From assembly GCF_002571385.2 (NCBI RefSeq), contig NW_019218038.1, positions 251,274 to 315,273 on the forward strand: 64,000 nucleotides of DNA. The letters run 5' to 3'. This DNA is from Stylophora pistillata (taxonomy: Eukaryota). How positions within the stretch are numbered: the first letter of the stretch is position 1; each line of letters begins with the position of its first letter. Positions 61,577 to 64,000 of this stretch are shown here, piece by piece. The notes below the pieces were generated by a model. It did not search any database. It had not been told where the DNA came from and worked only from the letters and a program-made list of their open reading frames with translations. The position numbers and the translations under genes are program-made.

Positions 61577-62155
61577 TCACACTTCACTTGATACTGTTCC
61601 TGATGCGACAGTTTCGTAAGATGGCGGCGATAAGTTAGCATCCGCTAACATTTCGTCATCTGTGTAACATGGCGGTGGGTCACACTGAGCCTGTGTCCTG
61701 GTGTCATGCGTATCATTCGTTGTTACCTCCTCATAAGAAGGAGGGTAACCTAAGATTCTCGTCAAAAGAAAGTTTAATTCTCTTCTTGATGTCGATAAAC
61801 CTCTTGTTTGAGCCTCGCTGTTATCCATCTGTCCCTCGCGAAGCAGCAACTCGATGTATTCGACACTGCGTGTCAATGGACTTTCGTTTCCTTCCGTTGT
61901 ATTCTCTAACCCACTTGCTCTCTTTTTAATGTAACGTATACCAATAAAACAAAGTCCAGCCAACAATCCGAAACAACACATTGTATAACCTCCTGTTTTC
62001 ATATGCGAGCTGTTATTTGTCACTCCAACTACAACCATAAGGATTCCGCATAGAATGAAAACAACGATAGCAACTGCTGTCTTATACAGGCGGGACGAGC
62101 CTATCAATGACCGCCTATGGTAGCCGTGGTACCAAACTTCACTGAGTTCTTGCAT
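61577..62155 (-). CDS. Intronless two-TM hairpin protein with PY motifs and a PDZ-type end (~192 aa)
   Basis: TM1 AVAIVVFILCGILMVVVG, TM2 GGYTMCCFGLLAGLCFIGI, YIKKR; PPSYEEV, PPCY, PPSYETV; C-terminal SEV. Confidence 0.85.
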   Translation of the reverse strand: MQELSEVWYHGYHRRSLIGSSRLYKTAVAIVVFILCGILMVVVGVTNNSSHMKTGGYTMCCFGLLAGLCFIGIRYIKKRASGLENTTEGNESPLTRSVEYIELLLREGQMDNSEAQTRGLSTSRRELNFLLTRILGYPPSYEEVTTNDTHDTRTQAQCDPPPCYTDDEMLADANLSPPSYETVASGTVSSEV

Positions 62156-63817
62156 TTGCGCCTGTTGTATCAAACCAGCCTCTACAATGATTTGAGTTAT
62201 TCTGAGAATTTTATCGTGATGGTAACGTTTTTAACCAGACGGTCGTGATTTGAATTTTATGCCTGATCAACCACGCATGCTGAACAAAGCAAACGATAAT
62301 TTGTTTACTAAAAATATCTAGGACGAATTTTTTATATCAGGAAAGCCGCCAAGTTAATCGCGTCAACAGTATCAGAATTTCAAAACATGCTGTTACACTA
62401 ATAATATAAACTAATCAAAGTTTTAGGACTGTTTTTTCTGACTTCACAATCATTAAGAAAGCTCTTTTTCGAATTAGCTTGTCAATTTGCTCTGCTTTGA
62501 TTATGTAAAAGCTAACCAAAACTGATAAAACCTATCGCTGCGGTCAAACGTTTTCAGAAAGACGTCATTTGGAGCCGTTGGCCTCAGGCAAAGAATTGAT
62601 TAAACATCAAAGAAATCAAAGGAATCGCCTGGTTATGGAGATAAATTCCTTATCCCTGATAATCTTCACGTTTGTTTTTCTTTACCTGAAAGAATATCGT
62701 AAAGGCCTGTGCTTGATCAACTGGCGAATATGTAAATGCAGGATTTTATCCTGTGTTAAAATTTAAGATTCGATAGCTCCCTCGTGATTCAAAGCATCAC
62801 AAATATCCTCGACGACAACTCATGTGATATTCTTATGTTTTGCATAAGACAACCAAGCTAAGATAACTTAAGTTCTCAAGTTATTTTCGCAGCACACGAA
62901 CAAGGCCGAATATTAATGAATCATAGTTTTCCTGCGTTTAATGGTCTTAAACTAGTATATTTTAGCTGCGATATATATTCTATGTGAATGTATCTCATGA
63001 TCATTTGGAAAAATAGGCAAGTTCAAATTCGTTGTAAGTATTACATTACGGATATGTGAGCAGATTTAATTTTACTGAGCCAAGTCAAAAGTGAAGCCTC
63101 TTTATATATGGTAAGGAGAAGTTCCTTGCAAATCAATTTTTCGAACAGGGTTCAGTTAAATATTAATTGCTTGAAGCCAACAAAAGAATTCGCTAGATCG
63201 TCGGGTGAAGATCATGTAGCGAGGTAATATTTTCACTCCCCCTCACCAAGTTTCTCTGCTTTCCTCACTGATCGAACCGGAAGACCCATATTAACATTGA
63301 AGATCAAGGCTAAACTTGATAATGGGATAGGTGTACAGAAAATGAAGTGCCAAAGATTTTACTCAAAGTCATAAATGGTAGGTATTAAACTCGTACCCAG
63401 ATACTACCATGAAATTGAAAAGTGGAATTGCCTATTCGTGGAATGTCTGGTACGAGACTAAGTAGGTGTTACCAGGCCCTTGGTTGTGAAACTTAACGTT
63501 TCAAGATGTACTGTGCCAGAGTTTACCTTCCTTTGTCAACTTATCCGCAGCCAACTTATCGTTTAGTACAGGCTTAATTAAACATAAATAAATTTTGTAT
63601 TAAAAAAAAAGAATTGAAAAGAAACTAATAATAGCATGTGAACACGATTGATTCGTAACTGACGGAACTCAAACAATGTATACCTAGCTCCTAGTGCATT
63701 TGAACATTTCGCGAATAACTATTATATTTATTGCGTCCCTTGTCACGCAGTACACTTTTTTTAAGATATTCACTAAGGGCTAGTTGACTCCAAAAAAAAA
63801 AAAAAAATTTGGCAATA

Positions 63818-63997
63818 GACCACTTTCATAAATGGCTGCCGGATTAATATTCTTTTGTTTAAATTTAAATTAGCCCTTCTTGCCTCGCTTGAGATAATGT
63901 ATTCTTTTGAGTTTTGAACTGGAGAACGCGGCCAGAAAGGCTAATTCAAATTTAAACAAAATAATATTGATCCAGCAGCCATTTATGAAAGTGGTCT
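63818..63997. mobile_element. Palindromic MITE
   Basis: AGACCACTTTCATAAATGGCTGC ... GCAGCCATTTATGAAAGTGGTCT, ~65-bp IR arms. Confidence 0.8.
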
Positions 63998-64000
63998 GTG

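Overview
AT-rich eukaryotic (animal) DNA with spliceosomal introns, N gaps and many transposon relics. Gene and repeat content point to an anthozoan, probably a stony coral (inference). Three gene neighbourhoods are present. (1) 1.6-16 kb: a partly decayed tandem cluster of type II membrane genes (TM, coiled coil, furin site, collagen, Ig, Caspr-type fibrinogen-like domain), head-to-head with an intact two-exon secreted PAN + fibrinogen-like gene. (2) 24-29.6 kb: an intronless BTB-BACK-Kelch gene and its transposon-disrupted duplicate. (3) 17-62 kb: seven intronless two-TM hairpin membrane-protein genes. Six share a G-x6-G helix signature, and their tails carry different mixes of PPxY motifs, juxtamembrane Cys and C-terminal PDZ-type ligands. 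They resemble the TMEM100/PIRT/barttin class of channel and receptor adaptors and are the most interesting signal here. Repeats include a PIF/Harbinger derivative (3-bp TSD), an IS3EU-like element (6-bp TSD), a solo LTR (4-bp TSD), Nin/Deu-domain tRNA-SINEs, CR1/L2 and RTE LINE fragments, Penelope relics (including a back-to-back hammerhead-like palindrome), Crypton-like hairpins and MITEs. Family names come from motif recognition only; no database searches were run.
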